Numbered from the stretch's first letter, positions 20,008 to 30,689 are shown. The stretch: 64,000 bases of DNA from Planctomycetota bacterium (GCA_965223545.1 OZ245006.1:2272001-2336000); one strand, 5' to 3'. A program made the numbers and translations. The notes: generated by a model from the letters alone, not told the origin.

Positions 20008-20202
20008 GGAGCGGGGCCGCGGTCTTGGCGCGGCACAACGGGCAGAGGGCGAAGGGCAACGCGAACGGGGCGCAGTGACACGCCTCGCCGCAACTACACA
20101 ACACTAGCTCTGGCATGGGGATGGTGCAAATCGAGGGAGCGCCCACCAGACCCGGCACGGCACGGCGAACGGCCGGCCCCAACGGCGCTACAGTCGCCTG
20201 CA

Positions 20203-21561
20203 ATGACCCCTTCGAACCACCGCGACCGGCCGGCAGAGCGCCCGCGGCGCGCCATCGCCGTGGCCGCGCTGTCGACGGTGCTCGCCAGTACCGCCGCCGG
20301 CCAACCGGTCACCGGCGAGGTCGCCGAACCCGGCCCGCCCGACCCGCGGCAGGCGGGACTGCGCGCCGCGGAGTGGCTGTTGCACACGGCGACCGAGACC
20401 GAGCACGGTCTCGCCTGGGCCGCCGACCCCACCGACCCGAAGACGCGCAGCGACGCGCTCTACTCGGGCAGCGCCGGTGCAGTGTTGCTGCTGATCGAAG
20501 CGCACGCGGTCACCGGCGAACCCCGCTGGGCCGCGGCGGTCGGGCGGGCCGCCGACCACTTGGCCGCGGTCGCCGGCGACGAGGCGGCGATGCCGCCCGG
20601 GCTGTACACGGGGCGCGCCGGCATCGGCTACGCGTTGGCACAGGCGTGGCGTGTGACCGGCGCGCCCGAGCACCGCGAGGCAGCAGCCCGCTGCGCCGCC
20701 GTGCTGTGCGACACGGCCACACCAGCCGGCGCGGGCGTCGAGTGGAACCACGTCACCGACATCATCGGCGGCGGCGCCGGCATCGGGCTGTGGTTGCTGC
20801 AGGCCGCCGCCGAACTCGAAGCGCCGCGAGCACTGCAGACCGCGGTCGCGGCCGGCCGGCGGCTCCTCGAGCTCGATCGCCGAGACGCCCGCGGCCGGTG
20901 GTGGCCGATGTCGGCGCGCACCGAGCGGCACTATCCGAACTTCTCGCACGGCACCGCCGGCGTCGCCTACTACCTCGCGACGCTGCACGCGGCGACGGGC
21001 GATCCCGAGTTCCTCGCCGCCGCGGTCGACGGCGCCGCGTTCTTGGCTAGCGTCGAACGCGACGGGTTGGTACACCACCACGAGCCCGGCGGCGAGGACC
21101 TGTTCTACCTCGGCTGGTGTCACGGACCGGCCGGCACCACGCGCCTCTACCAGCGCTTGGCATGGACGACGGGGGACGCCACCTGGTCGCAGCGGCTGCG
21201 GCAGTCGGTCGACGGCCTCACGGCCCTGGGCGTGCCCGGTCGACACCCCGGACTCTGGGACACCGTCGGCCAGTGCTGCGGAACCGCCGGCATCGGCGAG
21301 ATGCTGCTGCAAGTCGATCCGCTGCGGCACGCCGGGCTCTTGGACGACATCGCCGCGGACCTGCTCGCCCGCGCCACGACCGACGCCGACGGACTGCGGT
21401 GGGTCCAGGCCGAGCACCGCGTGCGGCCCCAGCTGCGCCTGGCGCAGACCGGCTACATGCAGGGCGCGGCCGGTGTCGGTCTGTTCTTCCTGCACCTCGA
21501 CGGAGCCCGCAGCGGGCGGCCGCCGCGGGTCGTGCTGCCAGACTCCCCCTACCGCCGCTGA
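20203..21561 (+). CDS. Stand-alone LanC-like (lanthionine synthetase C-like) protein with probable signal peptide
   Basis: Repeated GxAG motifs (YSGSAG, YTGRAG, SHGTAG), GWCHGPAG, QCCGTAG, YMQGAAG. Confidence 0.85.
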   Translation: MTPSNHRDRPAERPRRAIAVAALSTVLASTAAGQPVTGEVAEPGPPDPRQAGLRAAEWLLHTATETEHGLAWAADPTDPKTRSDALYSGSAGAVLLLIEAHAVTGEPRWAAAVGRAADHLAAVAGDEAAMPPGLYTGRAGIGYALAQAWRVTGAPEHREAAARCAAVLCDTATPAGAGVEWNHVTDIIGGGAGIGLWLLQAAAELEAPRALQTAVAAGRRLLELDRRDARGRWWPMSARTERHYPNFSHGTAGVAYYLATLHAATGDPEFLAAAVDGAAFLASVERDGLVHHHEPGGEDLFYLGWCHGPAGTTRLYQRLAWTTGDATWSQRLRQSVDGLTALGVPGRHPGLWDTVGQCCGTAGIGEMLLQVDPLRHAGLLDDIAADLLARATTDADGLRWVQAEHRVRPQLRLAQTGYMQGAAGVGLFFLHLDGARSGRPPRVVLPDSPYRR

Positions 21562-23309
21562 CCGCGGCGCCGGTGCTCGACCAGCCGCCCCTGGTGCAGC
21601 ACCAGGATCCGGTCGGCGTCCTGCACCGTCGACAGCCGGTGGGCGACGATCAGCGACGTGCGGCCCGCCATCAGCTGGCGCACCGCGTCCTGCAGCAGAT
21701 GCTCGGTGTGGGTGTCGACGCTGGCGGTGGCCTCGTCCAGCAGGAGCACTTCGGGGGCAATCACCAGCATGCGGGCAAACGCGACCAGCTGCTTCTCACC
21801 GGCCGAGAGGTTCTTGCCGCGCTCGGCGATCGGCTCGTGGTAGCCCGCTGGGAAGCGCGCCACGACTTCGTCGAGGTGCAACCGGCTGGCGGCGGCGATG
21901 GCATCGGCTTCCGAGACGCCTTCCTGCCCCAACAACAGGTTGTCGAGGATGGTGCCGTGGAACAAGAACGGGTCCTGCGGCACGACCCCGATCCGGCGGC
22001 GCAGATCGGCACGCGGCAGCTGCCGGACGTCGACACCATCCAGCGTGATCCGCCCCTCCTGCAGCTCGTACAGCCGCGTCAACAAGCTGAGGATCGTGCT
22101 CTTGCCGGAGCCGGTCACCCCGACCAGAGCGACGGTCTCGCCAGGCTCGACCGCGAAGCTCACGTCGTGCAGGACCGGCTCCGCATCGCCGTACGAGAAG
22201 GTGACGCCCTCGAATGCCAGGGCGCCGCGCCGGCCGCCATCGCCCTCCGGCGCGACCATGCCCGCAGGCTCGGGCGGCTCCGGCTCCTCGTCCAACAGCG
22301 CGAAGATGCGGTCGCTGGCGACGAACGCGTTCTGCATGACGGTGTACTTGAGGCTCAAGTCGTTCACCGGCCCGAAGAACTTCTGCATGGTGTCGACGAA
22401 CGCGAACAGCGTGCCGAGGGTGAGCGCCCCCGCCCAGCCCGCCGCCGCGTCCGCACCGAGGCCACCGAGCACCACCCCACCCCCGTACCAGAGGATCAGC
22501 GCGGTGGTGAACGAGCCCAGCATCTCCATCACCGCCGACAGCAGCGACTCCCACCACACCGAACGCAGCTGGGCCGCGCGCACGCCGTCGTTGATCACGC
22601 CGAACTCGCCCGCGCGCCGCTCTTCCTGGCCGAACATCTGCACGACCGGCATGCCGGAGACCTGCTCGTGCAAGAACCCGTTGAGCTCCGACAGGCGGCC
22701 GCGCATCGCCGTGTACGCCGTGCGCACTCGGCCGCGGATGAACATCGTCGCCGCCACCAGCACGGGCACGACGAGCAGCGTCGCCCCGGTCAGCGGTGGG
22801 CTCAAGCTCAGCATCAGGCACACCGCCGCGATCAAGAACACGACGTCGCCGAGGATGGTGACGACACCGGAGGAGAACATCTCCTGCAGCGCCTCGACGT
22901 CGGTGGTGACGCGCCCGACGAGGCGGCCGATCGGGGTGCGGTCGAAGAACGCCGCCGGCAAACGCTGCAAGTGCGCGAACACCTGCCGCCGCAGCTGCAG
23001 CAGCGCGCGTTGGCCCGCGGTCTCCAGCGCCAGCTGCTGCAACCAGCGCGCGCCCATCTCGACCACGGCCACCCCGGCAAACGCCGCCATCAGGGCGCCG
23101 AACCCGCCCGCCTCCGCCCCGATCAGGTGGCGGTCGATGGCCCGCATCAGGATCCACGGCTGCGCCAGCCGGCAGCCGGACGCGAGCAGCAGCAGCACGA
23201 AGCTGAGCCCGATCCAGCCCTTCTGCCGGGCCATCACCCCGCGCAACCGCCGCCACAGCTCGCCGCGCGGCAGCCGCGTGGCCTCCAGCCTGGCTCCCAG
23301 CGCCGTCAC
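21549..23309 (-). CDS. ABC exporter, fused permease/ATPase (heterodimer subunit B)
   Basis: TM domain; GVTGSGKS, LSAGEKQ, LLLDEAT, AHRLST. Confidence 0.93.
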   Translation of the reverse strand: MTALGARLEATRLPRGELWRRLRGVMARQKGWIGLSFVLLLLASGCRLAQPWILMRAIDRHLIGAEAGGFGALMAAFAGVAVVEMGARWLQQLALETAGQRALLQLRRQVFAHLQRLPAAFFDRTPIGRLVGRVTTDVEALQEMFSSGVVTILGDVVFLIAAVCLMLSLSPPLTGATLLVVPVLVAATMFIRGRVRTAYTAMRGRLSELNGFLHEQVSGMPVVQMFGQEERRAGEFGVINDGVRAAQLRSVWWESLLSAVMEMLGSFTTALILWYGGGVVLGGLGADAAAGWAGALTLGTLFAFVDTMQKFFGPVNDLSLKYTVMQNAFVASDRIFALLDEEPEPPEPAGMVAPEGDGGRRGALAFEGVTFSYGDAEPVLHDVSFAVEPGETVALVGVTGSGKSTILSLLTRLYELQEGRITLDGVDVRQLPRADLRRRIGVVPQDPFLFHGTILDNLLLGQEGVSEADAIAAASRLHLDEVVARFPAGYHEPIAERGKNLSAGEKQLVAFARMLVIAPEVLLLDEATASVDTHTEHLLQDAVRQLMAGRTSLIVAHRLSTVQDADRILVLHQGRLVEHRRRGQRR

Positions 23310-25186
23310 CACTCCGCTCCCGGCAAGCCCAGCTCATCGGCAAGCGACTGCTGCACCTGTTGGACCGCGAACAGCTCCGCGTAGTAGCCGCGCCGCGCCA
23401 GCAGCTCGTCGTGCGTGCCGCGCTCGGTGACGCGGCCGTCCTCGAGCACCAGAATCTGATCGGCGTGCTGCACGGTCGCCAGGCGGTGCGCGACGATGAT
23501 CGTCGTGCACTCGCGCAGCACGGGCTCCAGCCGGCGCAGGATCTCCTCGGCGGTGCCGACATCGACCGCCGACAGGGTGTCGTCCAACAGCAGCAGACGG
23601 GGTCGGGTCAGCACCACCCGCGCCAACGAGGTGCGCTGCCGCTGGCCACCCGACAGGTTGACGCCGCGCTCGCCGAGCATGGTGTCGAGACCGCGCGGCA
23701 GCTGGCCGAGGTCGGTGCGCAGGCCGGCCACATCGACGGCGTCCTCGACCGCGGCACGATCGGCCGTGGGTTCGCCGAACCGCACGTTGTCGGCGAGCGT
23801 TGCACTGAACAAGAACGCGTCCTGCGGCGCCATGCCAACGGCGGCACGCAACCGCTCCAGAGGCAGCTCCACGAGATCGACACCATCGACGAAGATCTGC
23901 CCCGGCTTGACGTCGAGCTGCCGGGCGAGCGCGCGCAACAACGTCGTCTTGCCCGACCCCACCGGTCCGACCACCCCGACCGTGCTGCCCGCGGGAGCCG
24001 AGAAGGACACGTCGCGCAGCAGCACCCGGCCGCCGGGTTCGTCGCGCCCCGTCGATGCGTAGTCCTCACGCACCGCGCCGCTCAGTCCCCCGGCACGGTC
24101 GGGGGGCGGCAGCTCGACCGTCAGCCCATCGACGCGCAGCGCACCGCGCTCGATGCGCGCTGCGTCGCGGGCGTGGTGGTCGTCGATCTCCGGCTGCAGG
24201 TCGAGCAACTCGCCGATCCGCGCCAGTGCGGCCGCGCCGCGCTGCAGCGAGCTGAGCACGAACCCCAGCGTGCGCACCGGCACGGCCAGCATTCCCAAGT
24301 ACAGCACCATCGCCACGAGATCACCGACCGACACGCTGCCGGCGCGCACCAGCGGAGCTCCCGCGACCAACACGAGCAGCGTACTGAGGGACGCCAGCAC
24401 GCCCATCAGCGACAACAGCGAGGCGCGCGTGCGCGCCACCGAGAGCATCGTCGTGCTGTAGTCCTCGCAGATCTCCTCGAAGCGGGCGCGGTCCGGCCGC
24501 TCGAGCACCAAGCTCTTGATCACCCGATGGCCGCTCAAGCTCTCGTCGACCTTCGCCCCGATCCGGCCCAGCTTCTCCTGCCCGGCACGCGATCCCTCTT
24601 GCACGCGCCGCGCCAGGCCGTGGGCGAAGTACAAGAACACCGGAAACGGCAGCAAGCCGAGCGCGGCGAGGCCGGGATGCGCGACCACCATGAAGCCGAT
24701 GCCGACACCGAACAGCACCGCGGTCTCCACCAGGTACATGAAGACCGGGCCGAGCAGCCCCTGCACGTTCTGCATGTCGTTGACGCAGCGCGACATGATG
24801 TCGCCGGTGCGGTGACGGACGAAGAACGCGGGCGACAACCGTGCCAAGTGGGCGAACAGGTCAGTGCGCACGTCGTGCACCGCACGGCGGCTGTTGCCGA
24901 GCAGGGTGAGGCGGCTGGCGGTGCGCACGGCGGCCCCCAGCGCGGCGGCCGCGGCCATGGCGAGCGCCGCCCAGCCGATCCGCACGCGCAGCGCGGCGGC
25001 GCCTTCGCCAACCGCGTCATCCCCCGCCGGCACCTCGGCGGCGCGCAGCGCGTCGATCGAGTCGCCCAGCAAGTAGGGCACGGCAAACCGCAGCGCGACC
25101 GCGGCCACCACGCACACGGTCCCCACCGCGTAGCTGGCGCGGTAGCGGCGCACGTAGGGCAGCAGGCGGCGGAACTCGGACGCCAT
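23306..25186 (-). CDS. ABC exporter, fused permease/ATPase (heterodimer subunit A, degenerate Walker B)
   Basis: GPVGSGKT, LSGGQRQR, LLLDDTLSAVD; overlaps partner by GTGA. Confidence 0.93.
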   Translation of the reverse strand: MASEFRRLLPYVRRYRASYAVGTVCVVAAVALRFAVPYLLGDSIDALRAAEVPAGDDAVGEGAAALRVRIGWAALAMAAAAALGAAVRTASRLTLLGNSRRAVHDVRTDLFAHLARLSPAFFVRHRTGDIMSRCVNDMQNVQGLLGPVFMYLVETAVLFGVGIGFMVVAHPGLAALGLLPFPVFLYFAHGLARRVQEGSRAGQEKLGRIGAKVDESLSGHRVIKSLVLERPDRARFEEICEDYSTTMLSVARTRASLLSLMGVLASLSTLLVLVAGAPLVRAGSVSVGDLVAMVLYLGMLAVPVRTLGFVLSSLQRGAAALARIGELLDLQPEIDDHHARDAARIERGALRVDGLTVELPPPDRAGGLSGAVREDYASTGRDEPGGRVLLRDVSFSAPAGSTVGVVGPVGSGKTTLLRALARQLDVKPGQIFVDGVDLVELPLERLRAAVGMAPQDAFLFSATLADNVRFGEPTADRAAVEDAVDVAGLRTDLGQLPRGLDTMLGERGVNLSGGQRQRTSLARVVLTRPRLLLLDDTLSAVDVGTAEEILRRLEPVLRECTTIIVAHRLATVQHADQILVLEDGRVTERGTHDELLARRGYYAELFAVQQVQQSLADELGLPGAEW

Positions 25187-25249
25187 GAGGGCGGAGCAGA
25201 ATACCGACACAGGCCGCGATCCCAAGGCGCGGCGCGCGGAGTGCACGAC

Positions 25250-26677
25250 TCAGCGCGGCGCGCGCAGCAACACTGCCCGTGCCAGACCGTCTTCGGACTC
25301 GACGTCGAACACGGTCGCCATCGGCGGTGCCAGGCTCGCGAGGATCGCGTCGAGCCAGGCGTTGCGCTGGAAGAGCACGGGCTTGCGCTGCCAGGTCAGC
25401 AGCGCGTGCGTCGCCCCGCGCGCGGCCAGGTGGTTCCACAGCAGCGGACCGTCCGCATCGGGCGGATCGGGTGAGAAGCCTCGCAAGTGGATCGCCGGCA
25501 CGCCGAGCGCGCGCGCGATGATGTCGCAGTCGTGACTGAGGACGACCGCGTCCGCGGGCAGCGGCCGCGCCCCGAGCTGGTCGAGGGCGAGCACGATGTC
25601 CGGCCTGCCGGTGACGTCTTCGCGCGACGCCAGGCACTTGTAGGGGCGGCGGATGTTGTCGATGCCGACGACGATCAGCGCAACGCACGCGAGCACGCGC
25701 ACCCAACGCGTGCCGTTGCAGATGACCGCGGCACAAAGCGCAGCGGCGGTGAAGTGCAGCGGGATGCCGTGGCGGTTGGCGAACAGCCACGGCCGGTCGT
25801 TGGCGGAGTCGGGGTAGGCGAGACAGGCCAGGGTGTGCGCCGCCGCCAGCATCCAGAACGGTGCCGCCTGCGGCGTCCGCCGCAGGGTCCACCCCGCCAG
25901 TAGCAGCGGCAAGGTCCAGTGCCGCAACGCGCGCGGCAGCGAGTCCCGGTGTGTCGGGTCCACCGCCACGCCCAGGCCTTCCAGCCAAAGGGGCTGCACT
26001 GCCGCGACGGCCACCAGGGCGACGAGCGGGGCGGCGCGGCGCATCCAGATCCAGGCCGGCGCGGTCGCGGGCCAAGCCCAGAGCCAAGGCAGGAGCAGCA
26101 CCGCGTTTTGCCAGCGCACGACCACCGCGACAGCCAGCAGCCCCAGCGCCATCCACGGCCGGCGCGCGACGACCGCGCCGATGACCGCGATGTTGGCGAG
26201 CAGGGACGGCGCGTCGGTGAGTGGCTGGGTCGCGACATGGCAAAGCCAGCGCGTCATCAGCGCCAGCGACACGCAGGTCGCCGCCAACCACGCCGGCACG
26301 CCGAACGCGCGCACCACCACGACGGTCCCCAACCAGACCGCGCCGATCAACGACAGCAGACTGACGACCGCGCCGGCGATCTCCGTGCGGCCGGTCGCCC
26401 AGTACAGCACCGCCAGCGGCGCCGGCCACCAGGTGCGGATCTCGGCCGGGCGCGGAAACTCGGCCGGCAGCGCTGGGCCGCGCCGGTCGGCGAGGCTGTT
26501 CCAGCCCTCGCCGTCGAACCATCGCTCGGCGACGCTGCAGTACAGCGCAGCGTCCTGCTCGATGAAGCCGGTGCGGCCGATCGCCGGTCCCAGCGTCACC
26601 GCCAAGTAGACCGAGACCAGCAGCAGCACGAGCAAGCCCGGGCGATCGAGACCGGTCACCGCGGACAGAGGGCGCAT
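25250..26677 (-). CDS. Polytopic membrane protein, GT-C/ArnT-like glycosyltransferase candidate
   Basis: First TM followed by EQDAALY loop, about 10 TMs, PLTDAP motif, soluble C-terminal domain. Confidence 0.55.
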   Translation of the reverse strand: MRPLSAVTGLDRPGLLVLLLVSVYLAVTLGPAIGRTGFIEQDAALYCSVAERWFDGEGWNSLADRRGPALPAEFPRPAEIRTWWPAPLAVLYWATGRTEIAGAVVSLLSLIGAVWLGTVVVVRAFGVPAWLAATCVSLALMTRWLCHVATQPLTDAPSLLANIAVIGAVVARRPWMALGLLAVAVVVRWQNAVLLLPWLWAWPATAPAWIWMRRAAPLVALVAVAAVQPLWLEGLGVAVDPTHRDSLPRALRHWTLPLLLAGWTLRRTPQAAPFWMLAAAHTLACLAYPDSANDRPWLFANRHGIPLHFTAAALCAAVICNGTRWVRVLACVALIVVGIDNIRRPYKCLASREDVTGRPDIVLALDQLGARPLPADAVVLSHDCDIIARALGVPAIHLRGFSPDPPDADGPLLWNHLAARGATHALLTWQRKPVLFQRNAWLDAILASLAPPMATVFDVESEDGLARAVLLRAPR

Positions 26678-26785
26678 CGGCGCGCCATTCGAGGGCATCG
26701 ACGACGGCGGCGAAACCCCGAGCCGACAAACAACACCGGGAGACATGGACTCGGCAAATGCCAGCGGGCAGCATGCGTTCCGCCC

Positions 26786-29623
26786 GTGCCACACTCCTCG
26801 CCGGCTCCTCCACGACCCCAGCCCGGCTGGGCGATCCTGATCTGCTTCGCGGCCTCGGGCGCCGCGGCTCTGGTGTACGAGGTGTGCTGGCTGCGACTGG
26901 CGGGTCTCGCGTTCGGCTCGACGCATGCTGCGTTGGCCACGGTGCTGGCGGTCTTTTTCGCCGGCATCGCGCTGGGCAGCTGGGGGTTTGGCCGCTGGTC
27001 GCAGAAGCTGCGCTCCCCGCTGCGCGCCTATGCAGCGATCGAGCTGGCACTGGCCGCCCTGGCGCTGGCCAGCCCCTGGGCGTTCGCCGCGGCCGAGACC
27101 GGCTACGGCGCCGTCGTCGCCGGCACTGATACCGCCGACGACCCCACCTGGACGCGGATGCTGATCGTCGCGGTCCTGCTGCTGCCGCCGACCGTGCTGA
27201 TGGGCGGCACGTTTCCCTTGTTCTGCGCCAAGTTTGCCACTGCGCGGATCGCCGGGTCGCTCGGCCGGTTGTATGCCTGCAACACATTGGGGGCAGCGCT
27301 GGGCTGTGCGCTCACGGGGTTCGTGCTGCTGCCAGTGCTCGGCACCCGTGCCGCGATCGCCTGCGGCGCCGCGCTCAGCGCCGCCGCAGGCCTGGGCGCG
27401 TTCTGGTTGGACCGCGCAGCGGCGCTCCCGAGCGACGCGGAGCGAGACGACGACGACGCGCCCGCCATGGCCACCGACGGTCCCTCGAGCGCCGCTGTTC
27501 GCGTTCCCGCCTGGCTTGTCGGTGCCTTTGCAGGCAGCGGCTTCGTCACGGTTGGCCTGCAAGTCGTGTGGGCGCGCCACCTCGGCCTGCTGGTGCACAA
27601 CACCGTGCACACCACCACGCTGACGCTCACCACCGTACTGACCGGCATCGTGATCGGCAGCTGGATCGCCACGCGCTGGTTCGACGCCGTCCGCCACCCG
27701 CGGCTGTGGCTCGCCGGCCTGCTGCTGGCGCTCGGCGCGATCGTGCAGCTCCTGCTCGCGCTCCCGCCGACCGCCTGGCGCGCGCTGCGCCCCGAGCTGT
27801 GCGCGTACGCGCTCCTGATGCTGCCGCCGATGATCCTCGCCGGCGCTGCCTTTCCGCTCGGGCTGCGGCTGGCGATTCCCGACCCGCGGCACGCGGGCTC
27901 GGCGAGTGGTCGGTGGACCGCGGTCAACACCGCCGGCGGCATCATCGGCGCCGTCGCCACCGGCTTCGTCGCGCTGCCCACGCTCGGGTTGGCCGGCACC
28001 ACATGGTTGCTGACCGCCACTGCCACGGTCTTGGCACTGTGGATCTGGTGGTCGGCGCCGGAACGGCACCAAAGAGCGGCGGTCGTGGCCGGTCTCGCGC
28101 TGCTGGCGATCTGGGCCGGGGCGCCGGCAGTGCTCGGCACGCGCGTTCCGCAGGACTTCTTGGCACCGCGGGACGCGCTGATCGCGCACGTCGAGGGCCG
28201 CACCGCCAACCTCGCCGTCACCCGCTACGACGGCGTCCGACAGCTCGACATCGACCGCTGGTGGCAGGGCAGCAACGAGCGCAACCACCAGGTCATGGCG
28301 GCCCATGTCCCGATGCTCCTCCACCCGTCGCCGGAAAAGGTACTGGTGGTCGGCCTCGGCACCGGACAGGCGCCAGCGGCCTTCGCCCGCTGGCAACCGG
28401 AGCGCCTGGACGTCGTCGACATCGAGCCCGCGCTGTTCGACTTCGTGCCGCGCTTCTTCCACGCCGACTGGATGCAGGCTGAAGGCGTGCGCCTGCTGCG
28501 GACCGACGGCCGCCACTACCTGGCGCACACCGCAACGCGCTACGACGTGATCTCGATCGAGATCGGCCAGCTGTTTCGGCCCGGGGCGGCGGCGTTCTAC
28601 AGCGCCGAGTTCTACGAGCATGCGGTACAGCGCCTGCGACCGGGCGGGATCCTGTGCCAGTTCGTGCCGCTGGCGTTCTTGCCGCCGGAGGCGCTCCGCG
28701 CGCTGCTGCGCACCTTCCTCGACGCGCTGCCGCACGCGCAGCTCTGGTACAACACGCAAGAGCTGCTGCTGCTGGGAACGCGCGATGCGCCGATCGTCCT
28801 CGACATCGCGCAGCTGCGCACTCGGCTGCAGAGCCCCCGGCTCGGCACCGACCTCGACTACGCCCATTGGGGCGGCCCGGCGTGGGCCGTGCGCCAGCCC
28901 GAAGTCTTCCTCGCCGGCTATCTCTGCGGCAGCCCGGGGCTGGCGCGCCTGGCGCCCGCCGGTACGCCGCAGCTGCGCGACGACCGCCCGCTGCTCGAAA
29001 CCATCGCCGCCGGCGTCGAGCAGAGCGCCCGCATGGAGCTGCAGTCGGTGCCCCTGCTGCGCGCGGCGCTCGATCCAATCGCGACGGTGGCTTCTGGCGC
29101 GAGCGCCGAGACCCTGGCGGCGGCAACCGAGCGGCGATCGACCCACCTCGATGACCTGGAGGCGCGCGCCCACCTCCGGCTGGCACGCCTACATCAGCGG
29201 GCCGGCGCGCTCGACGCCGCGGCCACAGCGCTTGACCAAGCGATCGCGGCCAACGCCGACGACATCGCGGTGCTCCGCGCCCTCGGTGACCTCCGCGGCC
29301 AGCGCGACGACCACGCTGGCACCGCCGAGGCCTACCGCCGCGCGCTGCGGCTGGACCCCGACGACGCCGGCAGCCGCCGCGGGCTCGGCCTCGCGCTGCT
29401 CCAAGCAGGTGCGGTCCCGGAAGCTGTGGAGCACCTGCGCCACGCAGTCGACCTACGGCCCGAGGACGCGGTCGCGCACAACTACCTCGGCGCGGCGCTG
29501 GCGCGCACCGGCGCGCTGCAGGAGGCGGTGCGCCACGTCGAGCGCGCGCTCGAGCTGCGGCCCGGCTATCCTTCGGCGGTCACGCACCGAGAGCACCTCC
29601 AACGCGCGCTGACTGGACGGTGA
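26786..29623 (+). CDS. Fused membrane/spermidine-synthase-like protein with C-terminal TPRs
   Basis: SGAAALVYEVCW, LMGGTFP, LYACNTLGA; KVLVVGLGTG, VVDIEP, DGR, YDVI, EFY; TPRs at end; start uncertain. Confidence 0.85.
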   Translation: MPHSSPAPPRPQPGWAILICFAASGAAALVYEVCWLRLAGLAFGSTHAALATVLAVFFAGIALGSWGFGRWSQKLRSPLRAYAAIELALAALALASPWAFAAAETGYGAVVAGTDTADDPTWTRMLIVAVLLLPPTVLMGGTFPLFCAKFATARIAGSLGRLYACNTLGAALGCALTGFVLLPVLGTRAAIACGAALSAAAGLGAFWLDRAAALPSDAERDDDDAPAMATDGPSSAAVRVPAWLVGAFAGSGFVTVGLQVVWARHLGLLVHNTVHTTTLTLTTVLTGIVIGSWIATRWFDAVRHPRLWLAGLLLALGAIVQLLLALPPTAWRALRPELCAYALLMLPPMILAGAAFPLGLRLAIPDPRHAGSASGRWTAVNTAGGIIGAVATGFVALPTLGLAGTTWLLTATATVLALWIWWSAPERHQRAAVVAGLALLAIWAGAPAVLGTRVPQDFLAPRDALIAHVEGRTANLAVTRYDGVRQLDIDRWWQGSNERNHQVMAAHVPMLLHPSPEKVLVVGLGTGQAPAAFARWQPERLDVVDIEPALFDFVPRFFHADWMQAEGVRLLRTDGRHYLAHTATRYDVISIEIGQLFRPGAAAFYSAEFYEHAVQRLRPGGILCQFVPLAFLPPEALRALLRTFLDALPHAQLWYNTQELLLLGTRDAPIVLDIAQLRTRLQSPRLGTDLDYAHWGGPAWAVRQPEVFLAGYLCGSPGLARLAPAGTPQLRDDRPLLETIAAGVEQSARMELQSVPLLRAALDPIATVASGASAETLAAATERRSTHLDDLEARAHLRLARLHQRAGALDAAATALDQAIAANADDIAVLRALGDLRGQRDDHAGTAEAYRRALRLDPDDAGSRRGLGLALLQAGAVPEAVEHLRHAVDLRPEDAVAHNYLGAALARTGALQEAVRHVERALELRPGYPSAVTHREHLQRALTGR

Positions 29624-29636
29624 AGGCGACGCCTGA

Positions 29637-30689
29637 TCAGAGTCCGGCGAAGCCGACCGCGTCGGTCAGCTGCACCTGCATCGCCTGACTGACCACCGCG
29701 GCCTGCACCCAGAACGAGCGCAGCGCCGGTGGAATCGCGCGCATCGGAAACGGCCCCACCGTGCCGAAGCCGTTCGGGTCGAGGACGATCGCTCCCAGCT
29801 GCAGTGGGAACGGTGGCGCGAGCCCCAGGTACCAGTGGTCGTTGGGCGCACCGATGCAGCAGAACGGAGTCGGCAGCTGGGTCGGCGACAGGTAGACCAG
29901 GGCAAAGGGGAAGGTCGCGCTGGCAGCGTGCACGCTCAGGCCGAACTCGTCGCCACGCGCCGCCTCGGGAAAGAGGCTTTCGGGGCCGTACAGATCTTCT
30001 GGCGGATTGCCGTAGGCGCTGCTGCGCACGAAGCCCTGCAGCACGGAACCGGCGAACAGCGGCGAGACCGCCAGCGTGTCCAGGGTGCGCCCTCCCAACG
30101 GCACAGCTGCGGAGGTCCCGGCTGGCCGCTCGAACGCCCACACCGCGCCGGCGCGCGCTGCGGGCACCCGCGGCCGCAACGGGTCGTTGGGCAAGTTGAG
30201 CTGCGCCTGTACCGACAGGCCGTCGCTCTGCGGCCAACCCGAGGCCGCCGGCAACGAGACGACCACGCCGAAATGGTCGGGCATCCGCACAGGCAGCCCG
30301 ATCGTCATGGTGAACTGAAACGCGTTGCCCCCGCCGGGCGGTGGGAAGCCGAACGCGAAGAACGAGCGCGACGTCAGAAGCCCAGCTGGCGACAGGTCGG
30401 GATCGACGCCATTGGCCGCGAAGCGCACCGCGCTGATCGTCAGCCGCTCCAACGTCAGCGGGTCCTCGTCCTGAAGGGTGACGTCGAAGCCGACCAAATC
30501 GTGGCGGCCGGTCACCTGCAGCGGCGGCTGCATCATGATCAGCTCAGTCGCCGCGGCACCCGCGGCACCCCGCGTCACCGCGTTGTGCTTGCCGTTCCAG
30601 AACGGCTTGGACTTGGGGCCGTGCGCGGCGCTGAAGCCGGCGATGGCACAGCTCGCGACCACCCACAGAAACGCCGTACTCCGCCGCAT
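29637..30689 (-). CDS. Secreted hypothetical protein with shared C-terminal module
   Basis: SD AGGAGG; signal peptide; C-term LDPNGFG...FWVQAAVVS...LTDAV. Confidence 0.75.
   Translation of the reverse strand: MRRSTAFLWVVASCAIAGFSAAHGPKSKPFWNGKHNAVTRGAAGAAATELIMMQPPLQVTGRHDLVGFDVTLQDEDPLTLERLTISAVRFAANGVDPDLSPAGLLTSRSFFAFGFPPPGGGNAFQFTMTIGLPVRMPDHFGVVVSLPAASGWPQSDGLSVQAQLNLPNDPLRPRVPAARAGAVWAFERPAGTSAAVPLGGRTLDTLAVSPLFAGSVLQGFVRSSAYGNPPEDLYGPESLFPEAARGDEFGLSVHAASATFPFALVYLSPTQLPTPFCCIGAPNDHWYLGLAPPFPLQLGAIVLDPNGFGTVGPFPMRAIPPALRSFWVQAAVVSQAMQVQLTDAVGFAGL

Noticed and set aside
18457..20202. N-terminal 580 aa of ORF 18457..21561
   Set aside because: Antisense shadow of the Gfo and DegT genes; the real gene starts near 20203.
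20203..25186. Lanthipeptide biosynthetic cluster (LanC plus ABC exporters)
   Set aside because: No dehydratase or Ser/Thr/Cys-rich precursor; the ABC pair is convergent, lacks a C39 peptidase and looks like a generic heterodimeric exporter.
26678..29173. N-terminal 830 aa of ORF 25250..29173
   Set aside because: Antisense shadow of the spermidine-synthase-like gene.
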